This document shows, piece after piece, positions 10,561 to 19,104 of a DNA stretch of 64,000 bases. The stretch is taken from positions 1 through 64,000 of IMG/VR virus record IMGVR_UViG_3300045391_003842, one strand, 5' to 3'. Position 1 is the first letter of the stretch, and the number at the start of each line of letters is the position of its first letter. Under the pieces are notes generated by a model that searched no databases, had not been told where the DNA came from, and saw only the letters and a list, made by a program, of their open reading frames with translations. Both the position numbers and the translations under genes were made by a program. Origin of the DNA: a virus.

Positions 10561-11699
10561 CTGTCCATGCCATTGTCGGCGACGTGTGCAATGCGCTCGC
10601 TCAGATCCACGACAACACCATCCAATGCGTCGTTACGAGTCCGCCCTATTTTGGTCTGCGCTCGTATCTCGATAAGGACGATCCAGACAAGCAGTTTGAG
10701 ATCGGCACGGAGAAAACGCCGGCCGAGTATGTCGCCCAGATGGTGACGGTGTTCCGTGAGATCCGGCGCGTGCTTCACCCGGCCGGCGTGGCGTTCCTGA
10801 ACCTGGGCGACAGCTACGCCAGCAACACCCTGGGCGGCCCGAACAGCAATCTCGCCAAGCTGGCCGATCAATATGACCCGCGATCCGTGCCGCGGGTGTC
10901 GAACCGTGACGATGCGGGAGACGTGAATCGTCAATCCCGGAGGATACCTGACGGGTTCAAGCAGAAAGATCTGCTGATGATCCCGGCTCGCGTCGCTATC
11001 GCGCTCCAGGATGACGGCTGGTATCTGCGGTCGCAGATCGCCTGGACGAAAAACAAGGTCATGCCCGAGTCGGCCAAAGACCGGCCGACGTCGGCGTGGG
11101 AATCTATCTTCGTCCTGACCAAAGAGCCATCCTATTTTTGGGATTATGAAGGCGCGAAAGAGGATAGCACCTACGCCGGTACCGAAGGCGGCACGCGCAA
11201 TATGCGCAATGTCTGGCAGATAAATCCTGCCTCGTTCCCCGGCAAGCATTTCGCCACATTCCCGCCTGAGCTACCGCGGCGCGCCATCCAGGCCAGCACG
11301 TCGGATCATGGCTGCTGCCCCTACTGCCGCACGCCCTACGCTCGAGTCGTGCAGAAAGGTGACCCTGACCTGGAGCGGCAACGTGCCTGCGGCGGCGACG
11401 TCACGGGCGCCTATAACGGGAAGGCCTTGAAAGACTATGCAGCCGGCGGTGCGCAAAACGCCTCCGACGTCAAGCGCCGCATCCTGGCGGGCATGGTCAA
11501 GAAAACGACGATAGGTTGGGAGCGCATGTGCTCAGGCTGCCCGGACGCGGCACCGATTCCGTGCATCGTGCTTGACCCGTTTGGCGGATCCGGCACCACG
11601 TGCATGGTCGCCAACATGATGGGCCGCGATGCGCTGATGATTGACCTGAAGGCCGATTACGTCCGACTGGCGATCGAACGCATCAGCACCGGGCGCTAG
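10557..11699 (+). CDS. DNA N4-C/N6-A methyltransferase (beta class) with Cys-flanked insertion
   Basis: VTSPPY, NLGDSY, HFATFP, LDPFGGSGTT; CPYC...CSGC insertion. Confidence 0.9.
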   Translation: MTVHAIVGDVCNALAQIHDNTIQCVVTSPPYFGLRSYLDKDDPDKQFEIGTEKTPAEYVAQMVTVFREIRRVLHPAGVAFLNLGDSYASNTLGGPNSNLAKLADQYDPRSVPRVSNRDDAGDVNRQSRRIPDGFKQKDLLMIPARVAIALQDDGWYLRSQIAWTKNKVMPESAKDRPTSAWESIFVLTKEPSYFWDYEGAKEDSTYAGTEGGTRNMRNVWQINPASFPGKHFATFPPELPRRAIQASTSDHGCCPYCRTPYARVVQKGDPDLERQRACGGDVTGAYNGKALKDYAAGGAQNASDVKRRILAGMVKKTTIGWERMCSGCPDAAPIPCIVLDPFGGSGTTCMVANMMGRDALMIDLKADYVRLAIERISTGR

Positions 11700-12187
11700 G
11701 CGTCCTCATCCTCTTTCGGCGGCTTGACGATGGCGATCAGGTGGTGATCGGCGCACCACACGCCGTGGGTTGCCGGGTTGTCGCAGAATATCCAATGGCC
11801 TCGGCCGCCTGCCGTATGGATGCAGGTTTTTATCCGCTCGCTGGATTTGGGCGTGCGCATCGACTCCGTTTTCACCAGGGGGATCAATGGGCTCCCCTCT
11901 GCCGGTTCCGGCTCCTGCAACGACGGCAGGGGCGCCAGCACAGGCCCTGGCGGAGACAGGTCTACCGGCGGCGCGTTTGACGTGCGGATGGGGCTCGGCC
12001 GGGCCGGAAATTCAGCTTTGTGGATCTTGCCGATGATGGACCCTTTTGTGCGGTCCAACGCGGCCATCATCTGCTTGATCGTGGCGCCTTCATCCCACAG
12101 TTTTCTGAGGTGCCTTATCTCGTCATCGTTCCATGGTTTCTGGGGATCAATCGGACGATCTGACCGCTGATAGTATCTCGGCATCAT
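11696..12187 (-). CDS. gcrA: GcrA-family cell-cycle regulator homolog
   Basis: WNDDEIRHLRKLWDEG..IKQM...L..TKGSIIGKIH N-terminus, Pro-rich linker, C...FC......WCADH C-terminus; ATGA overlap with HNH gene. Confidence 0.8.
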   Translation of the reverse strand: MMPRYYQRSDRPIDPQKPWNDDEIRHLRKLWDEGATIKQMMAALDRTKGSIIGKIHKAEFPARPSPIRTSNAPPVDLSPPGPVLAPLPSLQEPEPAEGSPLIPLVKTESMRTPKSSERIKTCIHTAGGRGHWIFCDNPATHGVWCADHHLIAIVKPPKEDEDA

Positions 12188-12558
12188 GCCACCTGTTTTA
12201 TTTGAAACAACACTGCGTCTCCCCTGAGTGTGTTCACCTGATGGGTGACAACTTCCATGTGCCAGGGGTTGATACAGCGCCGCACGCGGCATTTGTGGTC
12301 TAGGATCATTCCCGATGGAATCGGGCCAACCAGTTCCACGAACGCGGCGCGATGCGCGACAGGGCGCTTGCCGTAGATGCAGACACGGCCGTAGCCGTTT
12401 CGATTTATCTCGCCACACCAGCACCAGCATGGAGTCCCTAGTTCTGGATGCGGTGTGTCGCAAATGCGTAGACGGCTTCTCAAACACTTCGGAAGGTGCA
12501 TTACCTTCGTGATGTCTGAGAAGCCGGTCCACAACGAATCGGTAGCCTGGATGATCAC
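12184..12558 (-). CDS. HNH endonuclease
   Basis: CW.W.G....GYG, AHR, LDHKCRVRRCINPWHM..VT...N. Confidence 0.88.
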   Translation of the reverse strand: MIIQATDSLWTGFSDITKVMHLPKCLRSRLRICDTPHPELGTPCWCWCGEINRNGYGRVCIYGKRPVAHRAAFVELVGPIPSGMILDHKCRVRRCINPWHMEVVTHQVNTLRGDAVLFQIKQVA

Positions 12559-12821
12559 GGCCCTACTTGGCGATAATCAGGCGTGACCTGGGCGAAACGG
12601 GGCTGCTTACGGCCGCTGTGCTCCACCGGCTCCGACCACTGCGCCGCCGGCCGTGTGAACACGTGCCCTGTCGTCATGTCCTGGTAGACGACATCCCAGG
12701 CCTGGGTGTTCTCGTTCAGGGCGATGTGCAGCACCTGATAGATATGCCCGAACCGGTAGTGCCGGTACGGACCGGGTGCGATAGCCGGCCGATCCGGCGT
12801 ATGCTTTATTACTTCATTCAT
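12555..12821 (-). CDS. DUF1653-family protein
   Basis: G.YRHY..G..Y.V..IA...E.....VVYQ......TRP...W......PRF. Confidence 0.8.
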   Translation of the reverse strand: MNEVIKHTPDRPAIAPGPYRHYRFGHIYQVLHIALNENTQAWDVVYQDMTTGHVFTRPAAQWSEPVEHSGRKQPRFAQVTPDYRQVGP

Positions 12822-13368
12822 GGGGCTTGTCCTGTATCGTGTAGTGTTTGACGTCTGTCCTGTCAGAATACAGAGACAAAAGCCGTTCCACGTGTGGAGT
12901 TAGACTTTCAATCAACTCATGATATTCTGACGGGTAGTTGCGATCGTCTATCAGCGTCTTGGTCGCGTCCGCGTCCAATATGATCGCGCAGCAGGCCAGC
13001 ACATGCGCCAAAGGGTGCAGGCCGGAACCGTGATCTTTATCAGCACCCTCCAGGTATTCCAGGATGTGCCGCAGGGCAGCCGCAATGTAGACAGTCGCCC
13101 TGACGTCGGTGGCCCGCCAGTTGGAGCGGCCATACTTCAGCATGCCGTCCAGCAGAGCGAGACAGCCATGCGCCGACGCCGATGGCGGCCAGAGATGCAG
13201 CGGCAGCTTCTTGTTGCCGATGCCGTCCTTGGGGTTCACCGCCTTGGGCGGCCCGGACGTCAGCAATGGCGCCGGGATGGGAGCCCGCAGATCCTCGAAC
13301 CGCGGCACATGCGGGCCAAGCAGTTCCGGCGGAATGGGCTGGGGGTGCCCCGTGCTTGCCATGGCCAT
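12814..13368 (-). CDS. DUF5664 dATP/dGTP diphosphohydrolase-like protein
   Basis: NPKD..G.KK..L.L.P, G..KYG..NWR, Y..A.LRH, G.D.D..SGL..LAH..AC. Confidence 0.85.
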   Translation of the reverse strand: MAMASTGHPQPIPPELLGPHVPRFEDLRAPIPAPLLTSGPPKAVNPKDGIGNKKLPLHLWPPSASAHGCLALLDGMLKYGRSNWRATDVRATVYIAAALRHILEYLEGADKDHGSGLHPLAHVLACCAIILDADATKTLIDDRNYPSEYHELIESLTPHVERLLSLYSDRTDVKHYTIQDKPHE

Positions 13369-14339
13369 CAGTCGTCCACCTGCGTGAAGACTTCGCCTTC
13401 CCAGCCTGCCGGCGCCTTGAACCCGGCTGATGGCGCATGGCCGCCGCCCGTTGTGCCTAGCCGGGCCGCGATGCGCTGCGCCGCTTGGCCGACATCATAG
13501 ACACCTGGACGGGCTCGCAACGAGAAGGTGCGTACGCCGTTGCTGTCGTCAAAATACGTGGCACCGAACAAGCTGGTTTCCGCCAGCTTGCCGGCGCCGT
13601 CAGACGCCATGGTGTACGGCATGTTGGCAGCTTCAACGAGTTGCCCGTCAAGCACCATCGGCCGCCGCGTCTCCGCCAGGATCTCGCTGACGTCCTTCAT
13701 GTGTTTGCGTTCGATCGCTTCACCTTCAAGCACGGCTTGATTGAGCCCGCCCAGGCTGCTGAGTGTTTGATCCAACTTGGTCCAGGTGTCGAAATCGTAC
13801 GGATGGCTGAACATCCAGGAACTGATCTGTCGGCTGTGTGGCAGTTTGAAACGCCACAGATCCCGATCCTGAGCGTAGCGCACGATTGGCGGCACGAAGC
13901 TATTCGGCTTGCCGCAGAAGTAATCCCAGGCAAGCCCGGCGCCGGACCGCTCCATGTCAAACAGAACGCCGACGTTGCGGAACATCATGGCGCTGCGATC
14001 GGTGGCGCCGCCGTAGCCGTGCCCTGTCGCCAGCTTGATGTGTTTGTCCCAGGTTGTCGCCGCGAGCGGCAGGCCTGCCATGTCGTCGCGCGCCGTTTTG
14101 TGGTGATCCAGGATCAGGATCGATTTGGCGGTTGCGGCGAGCCGCGCCAGGACATGCAGGGGGTAGCTAAAGTCCACCACGACCACGTTCTTGCCGGTGA
14201 AGTCCGGCGCGGGCTTGCCGTAAGTCTGAGGCAGGTATGTGATCCCATCTCCCCCAAACTGCTGATGAACGGCCCAAGCGGCGGTGAATCCATCCGCGCA
14301 TGGGAAGTGGTAGGCGACAATATCAGGTTTCACTGACAC
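13368..14339 (-). CDS. DHH/DHHA1-family phosphoesterase
   Basis: YH..C.DGF..A, VDFS, LDHH, SGA.L.W, QDRDLW, SLR, GGGH..SAGF. Confidence 0.9.
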   Translation of the reverse strand: MSVKPDIVAYHFPCADGFTAAWAVHQQFGGDGITYLPQTYGKPAPDFTGKNVVVVDFSYPLHVLARLAATAKSILILDHHKTARDDMAGLPLAATTWDKHIKLATGHGYGGATDRSAMMFRNVGVLFDMERSGAGLAWDYFCGKPNSFVPPIVRYAQDRDLWRFKLPHSRQISSWMFSHPYDFDTWTKLDQTLSSLGGLNQAVLEGEAIERKHMKDVSEILAETRRPMVLDGQLVEAANMPYTMASDGAGKLAETSLFGATYFDDSNGVRTFSLRARPGVYDVGQAAQRIAARLGTTGGGHAPSAGFKAPAGWEGEVFTQVDD

Positions 14340-14799
14340 CGGTTATATCTCCAACGGATGGTTTGTTCGGGATGCCGTCATAAAGCATGACGGGCTTGGT
14401 CAGCCCGCTCCGATCGCGACATATCGTGATCAGCACAGGCAGATTGCGCATGATGTGCGGCGCGAAGACTGGGCTCAGCACCTGCGACACGGGGTAAACG
14501 GCGACTTTCTCATCCGTCATTTGCGTCGGTTCGATGAGAGCCGTGGGGAGCACGGCCGAAAACCCGTACACGCGCCAACCCGGTCCCTCCATGACGAAGT
14601 CTTCGTACCACGCTGTGATATGCAGATTAGCTTCCTCGCGTACCTCGCGCCGGACGCAATCCAATGGCGACTCGCCGGGTTCGATGAAACCGCCAAGGCC
14701 GTTCAGCAGGCCTGCCTGCCACGTCGGCCGCCCCTTGGTGATCAGCAGGATGTGTTCCGCGCCTTTGTTGAAAATGAAACCAAGGGTGTACTGTTTCAT
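14323..14799 (-). CDS. NUDIX hydrolase
   Basis: Nudix box GGFIEPGESPLDCVRREVREEANL. Confidence 0.9.
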   Translation of the reverse strand: MKQYTLGFIFNKGAEHILLITKGRPTWQAGLLNGLGGFIEPGESPLDCVRREVREEANLHITAWYEDFVMEGPGWRVYGFSAVLPTALIEPTQMTDEKVAVYPVSQVLSPVFAPHIMRNLPVLITICRDRSGLTKPVMLYDGIPNKPSVGDITGVSET

Positions 14800-15224
14800 G
14801 GCGCGACTCCCGGCAGAGGACCGAACTCGGGCTTGGTAGCGCGCTTTGCCCGGATCTTGGCGATGTTCTCCCAGGCCTTGGCCAGAGTGTCGTCACCGCA
14901 GGACAGCGCGCTTTGCCCGACCGCGTTGCACAGCGCCATCAGCGTCAACACCGTGCCGCCAATCTCGTCGCGTAGCTCGCCGACAGGCCGGTCATAGACA
15001 TAATCCACCAGTTGGTGCGCGAACTCACGCGGCAGCCCGGTCACCTGCACCAGTTCAGAGGCTTCCTCAAAAAAGCGACAGTTCCGTTCGTTGATATCGC
15101 CGGCCGCCTTCTTGCCGAAAGCAGTCTCAACCCAGTTGCCGGTACGGCGCTGGAGCGTAGCTCCAACGTGTCCGGCCATCGCCTGCACGCCGGGATGGCT
15201 GCGGGTATCAACGGGACGCATCAT
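14796..15224 (-). CDS. MazG-like nucleotide pyrophosphohydrolase-fold protein
   Basis: W...FG...ER..RF.EEASEL and EIGG..L.L..L acidic helices. Confidence 0.6.
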   Translation of the reverse strand: MMRPVDTRSHPGVQAMAGHVGATLQRRTGNWVETAFGKKAAGDINERNCRFFEEASELVQVTGLPREFAHQLVDYVYDRPVGELRDEIGGTVLTLMALCNAVGQSALSCGDDTLAKAWENIAKIRAKRATKPEFGPLPGVAP

Positions 15225-15457
15225 TTTGTTCGTGTCCTTGTGGCTATGATGATTTGAGCGGTCAGAGAAGCGAGGTAGGCAGCGAGTTCTGTTGGTTTTT
15301 TGAGAAGCGGGTAAATAGCAATCTGCCGGTCGCGCGGAATCAGTGCCCAGTGCGCCGGGCAGAAAAACTGGTTAGGCGGGATCGCGTTCTGGCAGCTTGG
15401 AATACGGCACTTCTTGACGGCCTGGGGCTGACCGGGCATTTGAGTTGGCGGCAGCAA
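15221..15457 (-). CDS. Small Cys/His zinc-binding hypothetical protein
   Basis: C..P.C.......FC..HW pattern; start uncertain. Confidence 0.55.
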   Translation of the reverse strand: MLPPTQMPGQPQAVKKCRIPSCQNAIPPNQFFCPAHWALIPRDRQIAIYPLLKKPTELAAYLASLTAQIIIATRTRTK

Positions 15458-15851
15458 CTGCGTTCTCCATCAGTTCGCGTGTGACTTCCAACACCTTGAT
15501 ACCGGCGGCGCGCATCTTACAAACGGAATCCGCGGTGCCGTTACCTCCTGGGAAGGCGACGCCGGCCGCAGGCTTGTAGCGCCGCACCATGACGCCGTTG
15601 CGTATGGAACCGGCTGACAGTCCATAGAGCGTCCAGTTCGCCGGTTCCTCCAGGCATTCGATCCCACGACTCTTCGCCCACTGTGCTGCCTGATAATCAG
15701 CGCCGATGAAGACCTGACGCCGTTGCACCCAGAACCGTTGGCCGCCCTGGATGATGGACGTGATGCCCATCTCCAGGTGAACCCGGTCCATGATCGCGTC
15801 CATGGCAGGCTGGTTGTCGAACCACCGGCCGCCACAGACGAGAACGCGCAT
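15372..15851 (-). CDS. YspA/DUF2493 SLOG-family protein
   Basis: MRVLVCGGR, I.GG...GAD..A..WA, A.W..YG.SAG.IRN..M, AFPGG.GT; ATG at 15851 overlaps upstream stop. Confidence 0.85.
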   Translation of the reverse strand: MRVLVCGGRWFDNQPAMDAIMDRVHLEMGITSIIQGGQRFWVQRRQVFIGADYQAAQWAKSRGIECLEEPANWTLYGLSAGSIRNGVMVRRYKPAAGVAFPGGNGTADSVCKMRAAGIKVLEVTRELMENAVAAANSNARSAPGRQEVPYSKLPERDPA

Positions 15852-16738
15852 CAGGTCAGGATTTTGACAGCGGTGTCCACTGCGGCCTGGAACAGCTTGT
15901 CCTTCACGCGTTGGAACTCTGGCAATTGCTCGTACGGCACGATACAGGGATGGGTCTTCTTGTCCAGATCCTTGGACTCGCCGTAGACCCAGCCATCGTG
16001 CAGTTTGTCCGACATCCAAGCCGCGTGCTGCTGCTCGGGTGTCGCGTCCTGGTTGTGCAGCCGGAACAGCACACCCTGCACGGTACCTTGCCGCATGTGC
16101 GTCGGGAAGTATTCCCATGCCGCGATCGAATCATCGCCCAGCGCCTGACAGTACGCCCGGTTGATGTTATGCGCCATGATCGCGATCTTATCCACCACGA
16201 CGGCGCCGATGCCGGCCCGACCGCTGACGCCGTTCTCCAGCACCTTGCGTTCGCTGTCCAGGTCGCGATTCAGCGCTGCATCCTCGGTGAATTTGTCCGG
16301 AAACCGCTTGACCAGCTTGTCAATGTTCACGGTCCATACCTGTTCCCAGGACACGCCGAGTTCGCGCAGCCACATGGCCAGATACCATGTCATGTCGCCG
16401 GACTCTTCCACCGCGTTGACGGTGTCGAATTCCTTCGTTCCAGACATAACGGCCTGAAGGTGCTCCACCATCTCCGCCGTCTCGGTGATCATGCCAAGCA
16501 AGGCGTGCACGAAGTTGGCCCGGCCCGGATCGTCCATGCTGAATGACGTGGTGCCGATGCCGCGGGGCTCCGGGTTTGGCTTACCGTAGAACAGAGCGCG
16601 CTTGACGCGATCCGCCCAGCCGCCGACCGTCACCATGGCCCGGAACAGCAGGTCCAATTCAGATGGGCTCACCAGTTCCGTGTGATACTGGCCAGATGCC
16701 GTGCGGGCGCTGGCCTTCAGATAGTCATCGGGGGTCAT
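15851..16738 (-). CDS. MazG-like pyrophosphohydrolase fused to C-terminal RyR domain
   Basis: HALLG..TE..E, EESGD..WY, N..KL..RFPDKF; then AH..NRAYC..LGD, H..W...K...GW.YG..KD...KTHPCIVPYEQLP..Q..KD. Confidence 0.82.
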   Translation of the reverse strand: MTPDDYLKASARTASGQYHTELVSPSELDLLFRAMVTVGGWADRVKRALFYGKPNPEPRGIGTTSFSMDDPGRANFVHALLGMITETAEMVEHLQAVMSGTKEFDTVNAVEESGDMTWYLAMWLRELGVSWEQVWTVNIDKLVKRFPDKFTEDAALNRDLDSERKVLENGVSGRAGIGAVVVDKIAIMAHNINRAYCQALGDDSIAAWEYFPTHMRQGTVQGVLFRLHNQDATPEQQHAAWMSDKLHDGWVYGESKDLDKKTHPCIVPYEQLPEFQRVKDKLFQAAVDTAVKILT

Positions 16739-16973
16739 GTGAAGTGTCCTTGTTGTAGTCAATCGGGAGCCGGCCAACCGTGATATTCTCCTGGAGCCGG
16801 ATGTTCTTATTTGAAACGGTCCAGCACTCGCCGGTCGCGTCCACAAAGCACACCCATTGCAGGTCATGATCGTGGCCGTAATCGATCATGAAATGAGCCA
16901 TAGACTTGGCCCACACGTTCGTCATCGGGCTCCGCGCCCAAAGCGGAATCAAGCACGGCGTGACGGTGCTCAT
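16725..16973 (-). CDS. Phage hypothetical protein
   Basis: AHF.IDYG..HDL.WV.F.D.TGECW...N..IR; coupled to both neighbours. Confidence 0.65.
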   Translation of the reverse strand: MSTVTPCLIPLWARSPMTNVWAKSMAHFMIDYGHDHDLQWVCFVDATGECWTVSNKNIRLQENITVGRLPIDYNKDTSHDPR

Positions 16974-17845
16974 GCCGCAAATCTCCGGATCATATCCTGA
17001 ACGTATTCCGCCGACTGTTCTATCAGGATCGGCTGAAAGCCTTCACGCAGGGCTGCCGCGCCCGTGGTACCGGTACCGGCGAACGGGTCCAGCACCGTGC
17101 CGCCCGGCGGGGTGATCAGGCGGCAGAGATATTGCATCAACGAGACAGGTTTGCAGGTCGGATGCTTGGAGCCGCACCGGTCCTCTTTATTTGCCTTGGC
17201 GCAATAAAAGAACGGCGCCGCCTCTCCCAGCGCCTGCATCACCTCGGGCGAGTCGTCATGCAGCAGATTAGCGGGCCAATTATTGGACTCCACCACGCGG
17301 CAGGCGTCCACGTTGATCGCGCCCGTGCCCCAACGCGCGATGTTCTCCACCATGACGCGCTCACTCTTGGGTTTCTGCGCCATGACCACGGGCTCCAGCG
17401 CCGGCTTGGTGCTCTGCGTGCCGAACCACCAGCCAGGGTGCGCGCGGTCCGGATGTGGCTTGGGCAGGCCCGTGCCATAGATCCAGCCGTGGATGGGATG
17501 GATGATGAAGCCGGCCTGCCGCATCGCGAAGGCGCAGCGGTCATAGCTGGTGGATCCGGCGCAGGCCAGAACATAGGCGCCGGGTTTCATTACCCGCATG
17601 ACTTCCGTCCAGGTCTCAACCTTGAACGCAATGTCATCGTCCCATGCCAGACCGATGAACCGCTCCGCGGCACGCGTGAACGCGCCGTCCAGCCCGTGCT
17701 TTGCCGGCGCCGCGCCCTGCTTTCCGAACCGCTTCTGAATGGACTCCAGATTGTACGGCGGGTCGCACACGACAGCGTCAACGCAGTTCTCAGGCAGGGA
17801 CCGCATCACCTGGATGCAGTCGCCCATGTAGATGATCGGCGTCAT
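16970..17845 (-). CDS. DNA N6-A/N4-C methyltransferase (beta class)
   Basis: GDC, VCDPPY, HPTCKP..LM..L..L..PPGG.VLDPFAGTGTT; start MTPII at 17845. Confidence 0.9.
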   Translation of the reverse strand: MTPIIYMGDCIQVMRSLPENCVDAVVCDPPYNLESIQKRFGKQGAAPAKHGLDGAFTRAAERFIGLAWDDDIAFKVETWTEVMRVMKPGAYVLACAGSTSYDRCAFAMRQAGFIIHPIHGWIYGTGLPKPHPDRAHPGWWFGTQSTKPALEPVVMAQKPKSERVMVENIARWGTGAINVDACRVVESNNWPANLLHDDSPEVMQALGEAAPFFYCAKANKEDRCGSKHPTCKPVSLMQYLCRLITPPGGTVLDPFAGTGTTGAAALREGFQPILIEQSAEYVQDMIRRFAA

Positions 17846-18393
17846 TTCGGGATGCGCTGAAGCCCCAGGTGTTGCAGTTCCGCGTCGCTCAGGTGCTCGA
17901 GTCCAATGACGTTGTGCTTGATGACCACATGCACGTCTTTGCCGGTCGCCTGTTTCCAAATATTGATGAAGGACTTGCGGGCAGCGTCCATGTATTCCAT
18001 CGGCGCCGCGTCGGGCATGCTGATGATGAACACGCCGTCCGGATCGTCCAGTTTCCAAATATTGGAACCACCGTCCATTTCAAGCAGTGGCGGTGCTTTC
18101 TGTCCGATGCCGCGCCACAAACGATCCCAGCGCTCGCGCATATCATGGAGCGCCTGAGTCGTCGCCGTGGCCATGTCAATTTCAATGGCCCACACTGAGC
18201 CGTTGGCGGTGAGCGGCTTCGGGTCCAGCATCGAACTATCGATACGCAGGCCGATGCCGTGCATGTCCAGGTGTTCTTCGCCCTCACCGCGGTCGGTCAG
18301 AACCGCGTGGTCATAGCCAGCTTCAAGCAGGGTGGCCCGGACGAACCCATAGAGGCTCGGCGGCACATCCATCAGCGCATAGGTATGCGTCAC
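17842..18393 (-). CDS. Hypothetical protein
   Basis: 183-aa ORF, GTG start after AAGGA RBS, overlaps next start. Confidence 0.6.
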   Translation of the reverse strand: MTHTYALMDVPPSLYGFVRATLLEAGYDHAVLTDRGEGEEHLDMHGIGLRIDSSMLDPKPLTANGSVWAIEIDMATATTQALHDMRERWDRLWRGIGQKAPPLLEMDGGSNIWKLDDPDGVFIISMPDAAPMEYMDAARKSFINIWKQATGKDVHVVIKHNVIGLEHLSDAELQHLGLQRIPK

Positions 18394-18404
18394 AGGAAAG
18401 TCCT

Positions 18405-19097
18405 TTAGCGTAGCGCGTGCGCCGGCAGGTCGCGGTTACCGCGCTCATAGATGATCAGGGAGTCGTAGACATGCATGCCGACCGTGGTCCGGGTGAACTC
18501 CGACACGGAGGCACGCATACGCTGCATCTCCGCCTGTGTCATGCCGCCAAGGTTCATCAGTTTGGCAAAATTTCCGCGATCACCGGACCATCCCATCAAC
18601 GCCTCGGCGTGACCTGCGGCGACATCCATGAAGGATTTGGGCGCGTCGGCGAACTCTCCGCCCCAGACTGAGGTGTGCAGATCCTCCACGACGTACAGGC
18701 CCGGTGTGGTCACCTGTAGATACAGCATTGCGAAGGATTCAATCTGCTGTCGCCATTTGTGGCCGCCGTCGTCAATGATGATGTTGAACGGGCCGTATTT
18801 TTCGATGATCTTCGTCAGGAAAGTCAGGTCGGCCTGATCGCCGATCTCCACCTTGATGTTCGGTTCCTGCGGGTACTGACACGCCGGGTTGATGTCGATA
18901 CCCAGGATCAGTTCGGCCCGGTGGAAATACTTGTGCCACATCTCCAGGCCGCCGCCGTGCTGGACTCCAATCTCCAGCAGCTTGATTTCCTGATCACGCC
19001 ATGGCGCAAACCATTGCTCGTAGGCGGTGATGTAGTGGTCCCAGCGGTGCATCGCGAACTGATGCGGCCCGCGGTAAATGTCCTGTAGGCTTCTCAT
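18405..19097 (-). CDS. Class I SAM-dependent O-methyltransferase (MycE/TylE or Methyltransf_24-like)
   Basis: LLEIGV..GG.L.MW..YF, GIDI, GDQAD, IIIDDGGH...QQ..SF, G.YVVEDLHTS. Confidence 0.85.
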   Translation of the reverse strand: MRSLQDIYRGPHQFAMHRWDHYITAYEQWFAPWRDQEIKLLEIGVQHGGGLEMWHKYFHRAELILGIDINPACQYPQEPNIKVEIGDQADLTFLTKIIEKYGPFNIIIDDGGHKWRQQIESFAMLYLQVTTPGLYVVEDLHTSVWGGEFADAPKSFMDVAAGHAEALMGWSGDRGNFAKLMNLGGMTQAEMQRMRASVSEFTRTTVGMHVYDSLIIYERGNRDLPAHALR

Positions 19098-19104
19098 GGC
19101 GGCC

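Noticed and set aside
12184-12558. HNH gene as part of a group I intron
   Set aside because: It overlaps start/stop codons of intact neighbours; no split host gene
5684-16738. 2-aminoadenine (Z) genome pathway
   Set aside because: DUF5664, MazG-like and PolA genes are present, but no PurZ or HD-family DatZ is seen; these families are widespread without Z
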